A stretch of 64,000 nucleotides of DNA from Candidatus Poribacteria bacterium (GCA_036339735.1 JAYZAL010000104.1:32001-96000), one strand, 5' to 3'. Counted from the first letter of the stretch, positions 1 through 11,259 are shown. Made by a program: numbers and translations. The notes: a model not told the origin generated them from the sequence alone.

Positions 1-347
1 TCACGAGCTATATCTTCAGGCACGCCGCTGAGTTCGTATAGAATACGCCCCGGCTTGATTACATCAACCCAGTATTCAGGCGCCCCCTTCCCACTTCCCA
101 TCCGAGTCTCAGCGGCCTTTTTAGTGATTGACTTGTGGGGAAAAACCTTAATCCAAACCTTTCCACCCCTACGAACATAACGTGTCATTGCTACCCGAGC
201 AGCTTCAATCTGGCGACTCGTCATCCAACCTGATTCTAGAGCTTGAAGTCCATACTCTCCAAAAGTAATCTGAGCTCCTTTCATCGGTGTCCCACGACGA
301 CGGCCTTTCTGTATTTTACGGTATTTAGTACGCTTTGGCATCAACAT
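1..347 (-). CDS. rplP: 50S ribosomal protein L16 (3' end runs off the window)
   Basis: Manual translation from ATG at 347: [19 protein letters not shown]...[43 protein letters not shown]; follows rpsC. Confidence 0.97.
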   Translation of the reverse strand, partial: MLMPKRTKYRKIQKGRRRGTPMKGAQITFGEYGLQALESGWMTSRQIEAARVAMTRYVRRGGKVWIKVFPHKSITKKAAETRMGSGKGAPEYWVDVIKPGRILYELSGVPEDIAR

Positions 348-392
348 CTAATACTCTCCCTCTTGTCTCTTAACTACAGAATACTAGTAGAT

Positions 393-1145
393 TTAGGATT
401 CGCTCCGACTCGAATTATTCTCTCTTCTGGCGAAATCTCCACTACGTCTTCTTGGGCCAGACCGACGACGTGATCTTCTTTCCGTACGAGCTTGGCGCTC
501 GGCTCTTTGCTCAAATGGATCCCCAATAATCTCCCCTTTAAAAATCCATGCTTTAACGCCAATTTTTCCATAAGTTGTCATGGCTTCAGAAAAGCCAAAA
601 TCTATATCAGCACGCAACGTATGGAGTGGTACTCTTCCCTCGATCGCTGACTCATTTCGTGCCATATCAGCACCACCTAGGCGACCGCCAATTGCGATCT
701 TTACACCTTCTGCACCAGCTCTTTTTGAATTTTCCAAGTTCTTCTTTATTGCCTGCCTAAAGTTAGCTCTCCGTTCTAGTTGCATCGCCACCGTCTCAGC
801 AACTAGTTGTGCACTTAACTCTGGCCGCTTAACTTCTTTTACCTCAATCTTGATTGGCTTATTAACCAAATTTTGCAAACTTGCTTGCAGTTTATCAGAT
901 TCTGAGCCTTGCCTTCCTATCACAACACCGGGCCGAGCTGAATAAATAGTTACCGTTGTCTGTCCTGCAATTCGCTCAATCTCAATTTTTGCGATTCCAG
1001 CCCGTGTGAGTCGTTCTTTGATGAACTTTCGAATGTTAATATCTTCAGTAAGCCACTGTGCATATTCGCGATTGCTAAACCATTTGGAATCCCATGTGTC
1101 TAAAATCCCCAGCCTTAGCCCGCGTGGATGTGTTTTTTGTCCCAC
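393..1145 (-). CDS. rpsC: 30S ribosomal protein S3
   Basis: GQKTHPRGLRLG, GRLGGADMAR, GRVPLHTLRADID motifs; likely GTG start at 1145 after AGGAG. Confidence 0.98.
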   Translation of the reverse strand: MGQKTHPRGLRLGILDTWDSKWFSNREYAQWLTEDINIRKFIKERLTRAGIAKIEIERIAGQTTVTIYSARPGVVIGRQGSESDKLQASLQNLVNKPIKIEVKEVKRPELSAQLVAETVAMQLERRANFRQAIKKNLENSKRAGAEGVKIAIGGRLGGADMARNESAIEGRVPLHTLRADIDFGFSEAMTTYGKIGVKAWIFKGEIIGDPFEQRAERQARTERRSRRRSGPRRRSGDFARRENNSSRSES

Positions 1146-1189
1146 TATATTTCTCCTCAATTATTCGCCGAACGAAGTAAGATCCAAAT

Positions 1190-1570
1190 CTAAGTTGTAC
1201 TTTCTGGAGACTCGACCGCTAAATCTGAATCAATATCTAATTCAACAGTTATATGACATTTACGTCTCAGAATTCTATGCGCCATCCCCCGGGCTCGTGG
1301 ACGAATCCAACGGCGAGTTATACCTTCATCAACCCAAATCCGCTTGATGAATAAGTCTTGCTCGTTAATGCTAGATTGCACGTATTGTGCGTTAGCGATA
1401 GCAGAGCGAATGAGCTTGTGAAGTACCGGCGATACTGCTTTATTTGTAAACGCCAATTGATCAAGAGCATCTTCTACATAGTGTCCGCGAACTAAGTCGG
1501 CAACCAGTCGCGCCTTACGCGGCGCAATTGCCACATTTTTTATACTTGCACGTGCAACCATAACTGACAA
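1190..1570 (-). CDS. rplV: 50S ribosomal protein L22
   Basis: APRKARLVADLVRG, SAIANA, PRARG motifs; S10 operon order. Confidence 0.98.
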   Translation of the reverse strand: MSVMVARASIKNVAIAPRKARLVADLVRGHYVEDALDQLAFTNKAVSPVLHKLIRSAIANAQYVQSSINEQDLFIKRIWVDEGITRRWIRPRARGMAHRILRRKCHITVELDIDSDLAVESPESTT

Positions 1571-1599
1571 ATAACTCCTTTGTAACGGTCTTGGACTAA

Positions 1600-1851
1600 T
1601 TAATGCATCTTAAAAGTTCGCGTGGGAGCAAACTCGCCAAGTTTATGGCCAACCATATTTTCTGAGATATAGACAGGAAAAAATTTAGTCCCATTGTGAA
1701 TCGCTAATGTATGGCCCACAAATTCAGGGGCAATCATTGATCGACGAGACCAGGTCCGAATAACCCTCTTTGCACCAGATGAGTTCATTTGGTCAACCTT
1801 TTTGAGCAACTTTTGATCAATATACGGCCCTTTTTTTAAAGATCGTGGCAT
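1600..1851 (-). CDS. rpsS: 30S ribosomal protein S19
   Basis: [12 protein letters not shown]...RTWSRRS...[16 protein letters not shown] at 1851. Confidence 0.98.
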   Translation of the reverse strand: MPRSLKKGPYIDQKLLKKVDQMNSSGAKRVIRTWSRRSMIAPEFVGHTLAIHNGTKFFPVYISENMVGHKLGEFAPTRTFKMH

Positions 1852-1863
1852 AAAAAACCTCAC

Positions 1864-2688
1864 TTATTTCCGTCTACTAGCAATGTAGCGATTCGATTGT
1901 TTATTGCGATTTCGGGTTTTATACCCCTTTGTCGGGACACCCCACGGGCTGACTGGGTGACGACCACCTGAGCTTTTCCCCTCACCTCCACCATGCGGGT
2001 GGTCGACAGGGTTCATGGCCACTCCTCTAACTTTTGGCCGGCGGCCAAGCCAACGTGAACGACCAGCTTTACCAATAGTAACATTATTATGATCTGGATT
2101 GCCGACTTGGCCAATGGTAGCATAACACCGACTTAAAACTAAACGTATTTCCCCTGAAGGTAATTTAAGACGGGCATACTTACCTTCCCGTTCCAACAGA
2201 GTAGCAGAGTCCCCGGCGCTACGTGCAATTTGTCCACCTTTTCCGGGCCTCATTTCGATATTATGTACATCAGTTCCCGGAGGAATACGATCAAGCGGCA
2301 TCGAATTGCCAACGCGAATTTCGGCTTGAGGTCCAGAGTTGAGAGTTTCGCCAACTTGTACTCCAAGCGGTGCAAGGATGTAACGTTTCTCACCGTCTTG
2401 ATACATCAACAATGCGATTCTCGCTGACCGGTTGGGGTCATACTCTATTGCTGTCACCTCAGCTGGTATGCCATATTTGTCTCTCTTGAAGTCAATATCA
2501 CGATAACGACGCTTGTGCCCACCACCTCGGCGCCGAACAGTAATTCGCCCCTTAGAATTTCGACCAGACGAACGCTTCTTACCTGAAGTTAGAGACTTTT
2601 CGGGCGAAGTTTTGGTGATTTCCTCAAAACTATGCCCTGTCATCGTCCGACGACTAGGTGTAACTGGTTTATAACTTTTGACTGGCAC
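1864..2688 (-). CDS. rplB: 50S ribosomal protein L2
   Basis: [30 protein letters not shown]. Confidence 0.99.
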   Translation of the reverse strand: MPVKSYKPVTPSRRTMTGHSFEEITKTSPEKSLTSGKKRSSGRNSKGRITVRRRGGGHKRRYRDIDFKRDKYGIPAEVTAIEYDPNRSARIALLMYQDGEKRYILAPLGVQVGETLNSGPQAEIRVGNSMPLDRIPPGTDVHNIEMRPGKGGQIARSAGDSATLLEREGKYARLKLPSGEIRLVLSRCYATIGQVGNPDHNNVTIGKAGRSRWLGRRPKVRGVAMNPVDHPHGGGEGKSSGGRHPVSPWGVPTKGYKTRNRNKQSNRYIASRRK

Positions 2689-2702
2689 TTTGTGCTCCTC
2701 TT

Positions 2703-3008
2703 CTAAATGCTATCAAAGATTGGGACGGTCTCACCCTTCCTCAAAGTAACAATTGCTTTCTTATAGTTAGGCGTTCGACCTTGATTGAATCGCATAAGTC
2801 TCCCCTTAGGTTTGCCACTTACATTCATTGTTCGTACAGATCGAATCTTTCCCTTCAAGTCAAAAGCTTGTTCTACTGCTTCCCGAATTTGGTGTTTATT
2901 TGCTTTTTTATCAACAACAAACGTGAATTTAGGCGACTCCATTTCCCTCAGTGAAGTACTTTTTTCTGTCAACATGGGTCGCTTGAGAATTTTGTATGGA
3001 TCAACCAT
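2703..3008 (-). CDS. rplW: 50S ribosomal protein L23
   Basis: [26 protein letters not shown]; position in operon. Confidence 0.97.
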   Translation of the reverse strand: MVDPYKILKRPMLTEKSTSLREMESPKFTFVVDKKANKHQIREAVEQAFDLKGKIRSVRTMNVSGKPKGRLMRFNQGRTPNYKKAIVTLRKGETVPIFDSI

Positions 3009-3046
3009 GATTACTAAACCACCTTAATATATGAACCGGCTCCAGC

Positions 3047-3667
3047 TTAGGCAAATTTTTCTTCCAATTTCTGCATGGCACTTTCAGTCAGAATTAAATT
3101 TTCATGCCAAAGTACTTGGTAAACGTTTATCAAATCCCAGGTACAAGTATTAACACCTGGAATATTCCTTGCCGACAAATGAATATTGTGCTCATTTTTG
3201 CCGAGTACAATTAATGATTTTCCTGTTACAGACAATGCATCTAGAAGCCGAAGAACATCCTTCGTTTTGGGCTGCGCTAGTTCGAAATCCTCAATAATTT
3301 TGCAAGATTGGCTTTGTAACTTATCTGCCAAAGCGTAGTGAACACCTAACCTACGTACTTTCTTTGGCAAATATTGTCTATAACTCCTCGGTCTCGGTCC
3401 AAAGGTCACACCACCGTGAACACGTATGGGAGATTTCGCATCTCCAGCTCTAGCACGGCCCGTCCCTTTCTGCCGGTATAGTTTTCGGCCACTACCTTTA
3501 ACTTCTCCCCTTGTCTTAGTAGAAGCCGTGCCCCGTCGCTGGTTAGCCAAATAAGCTACAATGCACTGATGGACTACGCCTGGGTCAATGTCGGTGTTAC
3601 TGAAAGCAGCTGGTATATCCTGTTGCCGAACAATTTCACCAGACCGATTATAAACATCCAATGACAT
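3047..3667 (-). CDS. rplD: 50S ribosomal protein L4
   Basis: TKTRGEVKGSGRKLYRQKGTGRARAG. Confidence 0.98.
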   Translation of the reverse strand: MSLDVYNRSGEIVRQQDIPAAFSNTDIDPGVVHQCIVAYLANQRRGTASTKTRGEVKGSGRKLYRQKGTGRARAGDAKSPIRVHGGVTFGPRPRSYRQYLPKKVRRLGVHYALADKLQSQSCKIIEDFELAQPKTKDVLRLLDALSVTGKSLIVLGKNEHNIHLSARNIPGVNTCTWDLINVYQVLWHENLILTESAMQKLEEKFA

Positions 3668-3689
3668 AAATCTAACCTCTAATCATTAC

Positions 3690-4340
3690 TTAAGAACTAC
3701 TTTTGACCGCTTTACGAATCATGAGCAATCCGTTACGTGGTCCCGGAACGGCCCCCTTGACAACCAGCATATTTCTTTCCACATCAACCTTGATGACTTT
3801 CAAGTTTTGCACTGTACTGCGCTTGTTACCATAACGACCGGGCATTTTAACGCCTTTGAAAACCTTAGCGGGCCAAGCACTTTGACCTATAGAACCACCG
3901 TGTCTCAAGACTTGCTCATCCCCATGTGAAGCACGCCCCCCTTTGAATCCCCAACGCTTTACCACACCGGTAAAACCACGACCTTTGGATGTTCCCGTAA
4001 CATCGACAATGTCGCCTTCACTGAATAAGCTAGCATCAACGATTGTACCGACTTCAACACCGTCCAAATCTTCAGCCTCAAACTCACGAAGATAATGTTG
4101 TACAGACGCGTCGGCCTTCTTAAAATGACCTAGGCTTGGCTTATTAGCTTTTTTTTCATCCTTAGCACCAAAACCAAGCTGGACAGCGTTATACCCTTCT
4201 CGATCTTCAGTTTTAACTTGAATAACCGGACATGGCCCTGCCACTAAGACAGTAACTGGAATCGCCTCTCCAGATTCATCAAAAACCTGAGTCATACTAA
4301 CTTTTTTACCCAAAATACCATTGACCATGTCCGTCTCCAA
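3690..4340 (-). CDS. rplC: 50S ribosomal protein L3
   Basis: GKKVSMTQVF, VDVTGTSKGRGFTG, VKGAVPGP. Confidence 0.98.
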   Translation of the reverse strand: METDMVNGILGKKVSMTQVFDESGEAIPVTVLVAGPCPVIQVKTEDREGYNAVQLGFGAKDEKKANKPSLGHFKKADASVQHYLREFEAEDLDGVEVGTIVDASLFSEGDIVDVTGTSKGRGFTGVVKRWGFKGGRASHGDEQVLRHGGSIGQSAWPAKVFKGVKMPGRYGNKRSTVQNLKVIKVDVERNMLVVKGAVPGPRNGLLMIRKAVKSSS

Positions 4341-4389
4341 AATAATCTATTTACTACTTACTTATTTAGCTCAAACGAGATCACAATAG

Positions 4390-4701
4390 CTACAAAATCT
4401 TAATATTAACATCGACACCTGGTGGGAGGTCGAGTCGCATAAGAGCGTCCACAGTCTTAGGAGCTGTCTCTAAAATGTCGAGTACCCGCATGTGAATCCG
4501 CATTTCAAACTGTTCACGCGACTTCTTGTTAACAAAAGTTGACCTCTGCACGGTCCATAGATGCCTTTTTGTTGGCAACGGTACTGGCCCAGCCACCACA
4601 GCTCCAGTATGTTTTGCTGTATCGGAAATTTGTTTGGCCGATTTATCCAACAATCGTGAGTCGAAGGCTTTTAAACGAATGCGAATCTTTTGATTATCCA
4701 T
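4390..4701 (-). CDS. rpsJ: 30S ribosomal protein S10
   Basis: [25 protein letters not shown]. Confidence 0.98.
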   Translation of the reverse strand: MDNQKIRIRLKAFDSRLLDKSAKQISDTAKHTGAVVAGPVPLPTKRHLWTVQRSTFVNKKSREQFEMRIHMRVLDILETAPKTVDALMRLDLPPGVDVNIKIL

Positions 4702-4740
4702 GTATCTCCTCGGTTTACTACAACCCCCTACGAGTGCAAC

Positions 4741-4777
4741 AAAAAAAGGGCTATAGTCTTTAAGACTACAGCCCCTT
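4741..4777 (-). terminator. Rho-independent terminator between tuf and rpsJ
   Basis: Minus strand GGGCTGTAGTCTT-A-AAGACTATAGCCC followed by T7; G-U wobble is on the minus strand. Confidence 0.8.
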
Positions 4778-4790
4778 AGCCGCTTTTGCT

Positions 4791-5990
4791 TTATTCAATG
4801 ATCTTTGTAACCACACCTGAACCAACGGTTTTCCCACCTTCCCGGATTGCAAACCTGAGTTGTTCTTCCATAGCAATTGGTTTAGTGAGTTGAACACTAA
4901 TGGTAATGTTATCCCCGGGCATTACCATCTCTGTCCCTTCTGGTAGATTCATGATGCCGGTTACATCAGTTGTCCGGAAGTAAAATTGTGGACGATAGCC
5001 ATTAAAGAATGGAGTATGGCGACCACCTTCCTCTTTGCTCAAAATATAGAGCTCAGCTTCGAAACCAGTATGAGGATTTATGGAGCCTGGAGCAGCTAAC
5101 ACCTGTCCACGATCAACAGACTCACGGTCGACTCCCCTCAGTAATAAGCCAGCATTATCACCAGCCTGACCTCGATCTAAATTTTTACGAAACATCTCAA
5201 TTCCGGTAACAACGGTTTCTTCAGTATCTTTCAGCCCTACGATCTCAACCTTATCGTTGAGATTGACAACCCCACGCTCGATTCGGCCAGTTACGACCGT
5301 ACCTCGACCTGAGATAGTGAAAATATCTTCGACAGGCATAATAAAAGGTAAATCTTCATCCCTTTCAGGCTCTGGAATATAGCTGTCAACCTCTTCCATC
5401 AGCTGTAATATTTTCTTGCCAGCTTCACTTTCAGGGTCTCCATTTGCTTCAACTGCTTCTAATGCTGACCCCGCCACGATCGGGATATCATCACCAGGGA
5501 ACTCATATTCATCTAAAAGTTCTCTGACTTCCATCTCAACCAACTCGAGTAATTCCTCATCATCAACCATATCGGCTTTGTTTAAAAAAACAACCAGATT
5601 TGGCACATTGACCTGGCGAGCTAGTAAGACGTGTTCACGCGTCTGTGGCATCGGGCCATCGGCAGCAGAAACAACCAGAATTGCACCATCCATCTGAGCT
5701 GCACCTGTAATCATATTCTTGATGTAATCAGCGTGCCCCGGACAATCAACGTGAGCGTAATGTCTGTTGTCGGTTTCATATTCAACGTGGGCGGTATTGA
5801 TTGTAATACCCCGTTCTTTCTCTTCTGGGGCAGCATCAATCTCTTCGTAGCTCTTGACGTACTCCTTGTCCATGGCGTTTGAAAGCACCATCGTAATTGC
5901 CGCTGTCAAAGTGGTCTTTCCGTGGTCGACGTGACCAATTGTCCCAATATTAACATGGGGTTTACTACGATCAAAATCTTCTTTAGCCAT
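4791..5990 (-). CDS. tuf: Elongation factor Tu
   Basis: [25 protein letters not shown]. Confidence 0.99.
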   Translation of the reverse strand: MAKEDFDRSKPHVNIGTIGHVDHGKTTLTAAITMVLSNAMDKEYVKSYEEIDAAPEEKERGITINTAHVEYETDNRHYAHVDCPGHADYIKNMITGAAQMDGAILVVSAADGPMPQTREHVLLARQVNVPNLVVFLNKADMVDDEELLELVEMEVRELLDEYEFPGDDIPIVAGSALEAVEANGDPESEAGKKILQLMEEVDSYIPEPERDEDLPFIMPVEDIFTISGRGTVVTGRIERGVVNLNDKVEIVGLKDTEETVVTGIEMFRKNLDRGQAGDNAGLLLRGVDRESVDRGQVLAAPGSINPHTGFEAELYILSKEEGGRHTPFFNGYRPQFYFRTTDVTGIMNLPEGTEMVMPGDNITISVQLTKPIAMEEQLRFAIREGGKTVGSGVVTKIIE

Positions 5991-6083
5991 TAGTTAAACT
6001 CCTTAAAAGAATGTAGGTATTAAAAGAAATATTGTACAGTACATGTATTTTCGTGAGTAATCTCTACGTACTTACTTTATTCA

Positions 6084-8147
6084 TCAGTTGGTGAGGATTT
6101 CTTCTGCAATATTAGATGGAACACCACTATAATGAGAGAATTCCATTGAATAATTAGCTCGACCTTGTGTGAACGAGCGCAAGGATTTGACGTATCCAAA
6201 CATCTGGGCCAATGGGGTGTATGCCTTAACGACTTGCGTACTCGATTTAACCTGTAACTCAGTATCCAGAATCTGTGCACGCCGAGTATTGAGGTCGCCA
6301 ATTACCTTACCCAGATATTCATCTGGTACGATGACTTCTGTCTTCATCATGGGCTCTAACAAAACAGGTTTCGCTTTCTTGACGGCTTCTTTAAAGGCCA
6401 ACGATCCTGCTATCGAAAAGGCCATTTCAGATGAATCGACAGGGTGAAATGAACCATCATATAACCGCACCCCGACATCTGTCACCGGGTAGCCAGCTAG
6501 CACACCATTAGTCATAGCTTGTTCAATACCTTTTTTGACAGCAGGAATGTATTCTGTCGGAATAGTCCCCCCCCTAATTTCATCCACGAACTCGAACCCA
6601 ATACCTTTCTCAACTGGATAAACTTCTAAAACCACGTGCCCATATTGGCCACGACCTCCAGTCTGTCGTGCATACTTGTGGTTAGCCACAGCATGTCGCT
6701 CTACAGTCTCACGGTAAGCGACCTCAGGATTACCAATTTCGGCAGAAACACCAAATTCTCTAAGTAGTCGATCGACAATGATTTCCAGGTGAAGTTCCCC
6801 CATTCCTGAAAGAAGTAATTGGCCAGTTTCTTCATCAGTCTTAGCCCGCAGTGTCGGATCTTCCTCAACCAGTCTAGCTAATGACAGATTCATCTTTTCT
6901 ATATCAGCTTTAGTTTTTGGCTCTACTGCGATTGAAATGACAGGGTCAGGGAAATCCATTGATTCCAAGATGACTGGGGAGCTAGGCGTACAGATTGTAT
7001 CACCTGTCGATACGTTTTTGAGTCCGACCGCAGCAACTATATCGCCAGCGGATAGAGAAGACAACTCCTCGCGTTTGTTGGCATGCATCTGAAGTACCCG
7101 ATCCAATCGGTCTTTTTTTCCATTAGTTGCATTCAGAACCCTCGAACCCTTATCAATTTTTCCAGAATAGACACGTAAAAAAGTCAACTTTCCAACATGG
7201 GGATCCGTAGCTATTTTGAAAGCAAGAGCCGAAAAATCGTGATCATTTCTCGCAGACCGAGACTCATCCACCCCACTCTGTGGATTCTTGCCAGATATAT
7301 CCGGGACGTCCAGCGGAGATGGCAAATAATAGTTAATAGAATCTAGTAGTGGTTGAACACCGACATTCTTCAAGGCTGAACCACAAAGGACAGGAATCAG
7401 GCCACTATTCAGTGTAGCCTGCCGCAAGGCTCGACGAATTTCGTTTGCTTTGATTTCTTGGCCGTCTAGATATTTGACTAACAGATCATCATCCCAATCG
7501 GCAATACCCGCTAACAATTGATCTCGGTAGTCTAAAGCGGTTGACTCTAAATCACCAGGTATCGGAGACCTTTTGACATCTAACCCCATGTCATCCGTAT
7601 TCCAAGTGAGAAACTCCATATCAACGAGGTCGATGACACCTTTAAAGGACTCAGCTGAACCTACAGGCACCTGGACGAGAACCGGACTTGCCCCCAAACG
7701 TTCTGTCATCATCTCAACGGTACGAAAGAAGTCAGCACCGACGCGATCGAGCTTGTTCACAAATGCAATACGAGGTACTTGATATTTATCCGCTTGCCGC
7801 CAAACGGTCTCTGACTGAGGTTCCACTCCCCCGACCGCACAAAAAACTGCAACAGCCCCATCAAGAACTCTCAAGGATCGCTCAACTTCCACAGTAAAGT
7901 CAATGTGCCCGGGAGTGTCGATAATGTTAATGCGGTGCTTATCCCAATGACACGTTGTTGCAGCTGCGGTAATGGTAATCCCACGTTCTTGTTCTTGCTC
8001 CATCCAATCCATTGTAGCTGCGCCATCATGAACTTCACCTACTCGGTGCAACCTACCCGTATAAAACAAGATTCGCTCACTTACTGTTGTTTTCCCGGCA
8101 TCGATGTGAGCCATGATACCGATATTCCTTGTGCGTTCTAAGTTCAT
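6084..8147 (-). CDS. fusA: Elongation factor G
   Basis: [32 protein letters not shown]. Confidence 0.99.
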   Translation of the reverse strand: MNLERTRNIGIMAHIDAGKTTVSERILFYTGRLHRVGEVHDGAATMDWMEQEQERGITITAAATTCHWDKHRINIIDTPGHIDFTVEVERSLRVLDGAVAVFCAVGGVEPQSETVWRQADKYQVPRIAFVNKLDRVGADFFRTVEMMTERLGASPVLVQVPVGSAESFKGVIDLVDMEFLTWNTDDMGLDVKRSPIPGDLESTALDYRDQLLAGIADWDDDLLVKYLDGQEIKANEIRRALRQATLNSGLIPVLCGSALKNVGVQPLLDSINYYLPSPLDVPDISGKNPQSGVDESRSARNDHDFSALAFKIATDPHVGKLTFLRVYSGKIDKGSRVLNATNGKKDRLDRVLQMHANKREELSSLSAGDIVAAVGLKNVSTGDTICTPSSPVILESMDFPDPVISIAVEPKTKADIEKMNLSLARLVEEDPTLRAKTDEETGQLLLSGMGELHLEIIVDRLLREFGVSAEIGNPEVAYRETVERHAVANHKYARQTGGRGQYGHVVLEVYPVEKGIGFEFVDEIRGGTIPTEYIPAVKKGIEQAMTNGVLAGYPVTDVGVRLYDGSFHPVDSSEMAFSIAGSLAFKEAVKKAKPVLLEPMMKTEVIVPDEYLGKVIGDLNTRRAQILDTELQVKSSTQVVKAYTPLAQMFGYVKSLRSFTQGRANYSMEFSHYSGVPSNIAEEILTN

Positions 8148-8225
8148 TTATACCAACTAATCTTTCTCTGCATGTCTGCTATCTACTAAATTATTTACTA
8201 AGGTTCCTGCGAATTGCCAGGTTGA

Positions 8226-8699
8226 TCACCAGCGATAATGAGCAAAAGCTCGGTTAGCTTCAGCCATTCGATGCTGGTCTTGTTTTTTTCGAATGGCAAT
8301 CCCCTCATTGTTGAACGCGTCAATCAGTTCCGCAGCGAGGCGTTGTGCCATCGTCCGTTCTCCTCGACTGTTTCGAGCAGCATCAACAAGCCAGCGAATC
8401 GCTAAAGTCACTCGCCTTTCAGCCCTGACATCAACGGGAACCTGGTAGGTTGCACCACCAACTCGCCTTGGCCGAATCTCCAGAACCGGCTTTACATTAC
8501 TTATTGCCTGATGAAAGACCTCAATGCCTTCCTCATTCAATCGCTCACCTGCACGATCTATAGAGTCGTACAAAATACGTTGTGCGATACTTTTCTTTCC
8601 CGAATACGTCAAGCTATTAATAAATTTACTAACTAACTTACTATTGAACTTTGGGTCCGGCAAAACCTCACGTTTCACCGCCACATTACGTCGTGCCAT
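8226..8699 (-). CDS. rpsG: 30S ribosomal protein S7
   Basis: RRVGGATYQVP, MAEANRAFAHYRW. Confidence 0.99.
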   Translation of the reverse strand: MARRNVAVKREVLPDPKFNSKLVSKFINSLTYSGKKSIAQRILYDSIDRAGERLNEEGIEVFHQAISNVKPVLEIRPRRVGGATYQVPVDVRAERRVTLAIRWLVDAARNSRGERTMAQRLAAELIDAFNNEGIAIRKKQDQHRMAEANRAFAHYRW

Positions 8700-8721
8700 T
8701 CGTTACACCCCCATTGATCTA

Positions 8722-9096
8722 TTAGTCTTGTGGTCTTCTCGCACCATACTTTGACCGACCTTGTCTCCGGTTTTCGACTCCAAGGGTGTCTAAAGTACCC
8801 CGCACAATCTGATACCGAACGTTAGGCAAGTCTTTAACTCGGCCGCCCCTTACCAAAACAACAGAGTGTTCCTGCAAGTTATGATCAATCCCAGGGATGT
8901 AGCACCATGCCTCAAATCCATTACTGAAGCGTACCCGCGCTACTTTCCGTAATGCCGAGTTAGGCTTTTTAGGTGTTGTTGTTCGGACCTGAAGACAAAT
9001 CCCTCTCCGTTGCGGACAGGCCTGCAGTAATGGAGCCTTACTTCTATTCTTACTTGATTTTCTACCTTTTCGCACTAATTGACTAATTGTCGGCAT
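8722..9096 (-). CDS. rpsL: 30S ribosomal protein S12
   Basis: [12 protein letters not shown]...[11 protein letters not shown]...GGRVKDLP; true ATG at 9096 (ORF-track extension is upstream leader). Confidence 0.98.
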   Translation of the reverse strand: MPTISQLVRKGRKSSKNRSKAPLLQACPQRRGICLQVRTTTPKKPNSALRKVARVRFSNGFEAWCYIPGIDHNLQEHSVVLVRGGRVKDLPNVRYQIVRGTLDTLGVENRRQGRSKYGARRPQD

Positions 9097-9239
9097 AACT
9101 ACCCTTAAATCCAGACATAAATAAAGCCCCGAATGTAGGGGCAAGATTACTACACAGCAAAACCAAAGACTCACTTACCAAAAGCTAAAATCGTTCCCTA
9201 GAGTCTGCCCCCTCGAAGTGAACCATAATTAACCGCTCC

Positions 9240-9269
9240 ATTATATTTAACACGCCTTCAGCATGTCAA
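9240..9269 (-). promoter_or_regulatory. Consensus sigma70 promoter of the str operon
   Basis: Minus strand TTGACA (9269-9264), 18-nt spacer, TATAAT (9245-9240); A-rich UP-element-like tract upstream (about 9281-9298). Confidence 0.85.
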
Positions 9270-9320
9270 GCCTATTTACTATTTTTTCTTTTTTTTTTGT
9301 ATTTGTGCGAAGTAGAAGTA

Positions 9321-10400
9321 CTATGCCTTAATCCAACCACCACCAATTACCACATCGTCGTGATAAAAGACAGCTGCTTGACCTGGTGCAATTGCACGAC
9401 GAGGATGATCAAAAATTACTTTAGCTTCATCATCATCAGTCAATGTTATAGTACCCATTTCGCCTTTATCGCGATATCGGATCTTAATTGATGCACGAAT
9501 TGGCTCAGATGGTTGGTCAAAAGGTATCCAGTTTATTTGATTAACTATCATTTGTTCTTTTAGTAGATTACTGGCTTGCCCTACAACAATAGTATTGTTT
9601 TCAGTTTTGATTTCAGTTACGTATACTGGTTTGCCAACAGACAACCCCAAACCACGTCTTTGGCCAACAGTATAGAATGGGATTCCATCATGATGACCAA
9701 TCTTATTTCCACCTATGTCCTGAATGTCGCCAGCTTTAATTTGTTCTGGTATTCGGTCCATTAAAAATCGTTTATAGTTATCATCAGCAATAAAACAGAG
9801 TTCTTGGCTTTCTGGTTTGTCCGCGGTTTTGAGCTGATAACGGCGAGCAATGTCCCGAACCGATTCCTTATCCAAATCACCTAGAGGCATAAGTGCGCGC
9901 CCAAGCTGTGGTTGCGTCAGAGAAAATAAAAAGTAGGACTGATCCTTTTTTTCATCTGTTCCCTTCTTCAGTATATAGCGACCAGTTTCTGGATCTTGAT
10001 CAATTTTGGCATAATGTCCAGTTGCAACATACTCGTAGCCCAGTTGATCAGCTAAATCGATCAAGGAGCCAAACTTCAAGTCTTGGTTGCAAATGACACA
10101 AGGACTAGGAGTTCGTCCTGCGGTATATTCTTGAGTGAAATAATCAACGATACGCGTTCGAAACTCCTCTTCATGATTGACAGCATAGAAAGGAATATTT
10201 AGCTGCATGGCAGCATAGCGTGCATCGTCAACTCCCTCGACAGAACAACAGCTTGGCTTTTCGGTATCATGTTCAACCGTATCGTGGTCACCCAATCTCA
10301 TAGTCACAGCAACTACATCATAACCATCTTGCACCATTAGAGCTGCCATGACCGAACTGTCGACTCCACCACTCATAGCAGCAATCACTTTTTTACTCAT
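9321..10400 (-). CDS. mnmA: tRNA 2-thiouridine(34) synthase MnmA
   Basis: AMSGGVDSSV PP-loop, TPSPCVICN, ATGHYA, KDQSYFL, SQELCF, YTVGQRRGL, APGQAAVFY; ATG at 10400 overlaps upstream stop. Confidence 0.95.
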   Translation of the reverse strand: MSKKVIAAMSGGVDSSVMAALMVQDGYDVVAVTMRLGDHDTVEHDTEKPSCCSVEGVDDARYAAMQLNIPFYAVNHEEEFRTRIVDYFTQEYTAGRTPSPCVICNQDLKFGSLIDLADQLGYEYVATGHYAKIDQDPETGRYILKKGTDEKKDQSYFLFSLTQPQLGRALMPLGDLDKESVRDIARRYQLKTADKPESQELCFIADDNYKRFLMDRIPEQIKAGDIQDIGGNKIGHHDGIPFYTVGQRRGLGLSVGKPVYVTEIKTENNTIVVGQASNLLKEQMIVNQINWIPFDQPSEPIRASIKIRYRDKGEMGTITLTDDDEAKVIFDHPRRAIAPGQAAVFYHDDVVIGGGWIKA

Positions 10401-11259
10401 CAATGTTTCCTCTAGCTTTCTCACTAAGGCTTCGAATTCCATTGGTAGTTTGGTTAATGCTTATATTCAGACTGCCTGACCTGTAACCAGACAAATCAAG
10501 ACCAACCCGAGAATAACCTAGTGTTCTAAAATAACATACAACATCTTTCCGATTACCATTCTCTGTGAGAGTTTTTATACCATCGGAATCTAGTTCTATA
10601 CGTGCGTATTCATCGTGATGTCGAACTCTAAACTGACGAATACCAAGATCATACAAAAACTGTTCGGCTTGGTCGACTTGCCTTAGCTTTTGCCGAGTTA
10701 TACGAGTTCCGTAAGGGAAGCGCGACGAAAGGCAAGCAAAAGCAGGTTTGTCCCAAGTGCTCAGTTTCCATATCTTGGACGCCTGACGGATTTCCGATTT
10801 AGATATGTTTGCTTCGATTAGTGGTGCACGAATGCCAGCTTCTCGAGCTGCTTCCATACCGGGACGATGATCACCAAGGTCATCTGGGATCGCACCGTAA
10901 ACGATAGTACCGATTTGGTACCTATTAGCGATTGGCTGGAGCTTGTCGAACAACTCACTTTTGCAAAAATAGCATCGATTTACAGGGTTGCTGGCATAGC
11001 CATCGATTTCTAATTCTCCAGTATCTACTGTTTCAAATCGAATACCGATTTCTCGAGCAATTTTTTCTGCAGCCCTCATCTCTCGAGCAGGATAAGAATC
11101 AGAGATAGCCGTTACAGCCAAAGCATTACTGCCAACCGATCGGATGGCAGCTTCTGCTAGAAAAGTACTGTCTAAGCCACCGGAAAATGCCACAACTACT
11201 TTGTGATAGGATTTTAAAATTACGTCTAAAGCTTCTAATTTTTGATCTAGTATTGGCAT
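10393..11259 (-). CDS. larE: LarE-family ATP-dependent sulfur transferase (PP-loop, TIGR00268-like)
   Basis: AFSGGLDS, NRCYFCK, DHRPG, KPAFACLSSRFPYG, FRVRHH motifs. Confidence 0.85.
   Translation of the reverse strand: MPILDQKLEALDVILKSYHKVVVAFSGGLDSTFLAEAAIRSVGSNALAVTAISDSYPAREMRAAEKIAREIGIRFETVDTGELEIDGYASNPVNRCYFCKSELFDKLQPIANRYQIGTIVYGAIPDDLGDHRPGMEAAREAGIRAPLIEANISKSEIRQASKIWKLSTWDKPAFACLSSRFPYGTRITRQKLRQVDQAEQFLYDLGIRQFRVRHHDEYARIELDSDGIKTLTENGNRKDVVCYFRTLGYSRVGLDLSGYRSGSLNISINQTTNGIRSLSEKARGNIDE

Noticed and set aside
393-510. Arg-rich low-complexity tail of S3
   Set aside because: Such tails are common in bacterial S3
1600-1620. S19 ends early at RTFKMH
   Set aside because: Only the variable basic tail is missing; the core is intact
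9097-9174. N-terminal extension of S12 in the ORF track
   Set aside because: The canonical start MPTISQL is at 9096; upstream is leader
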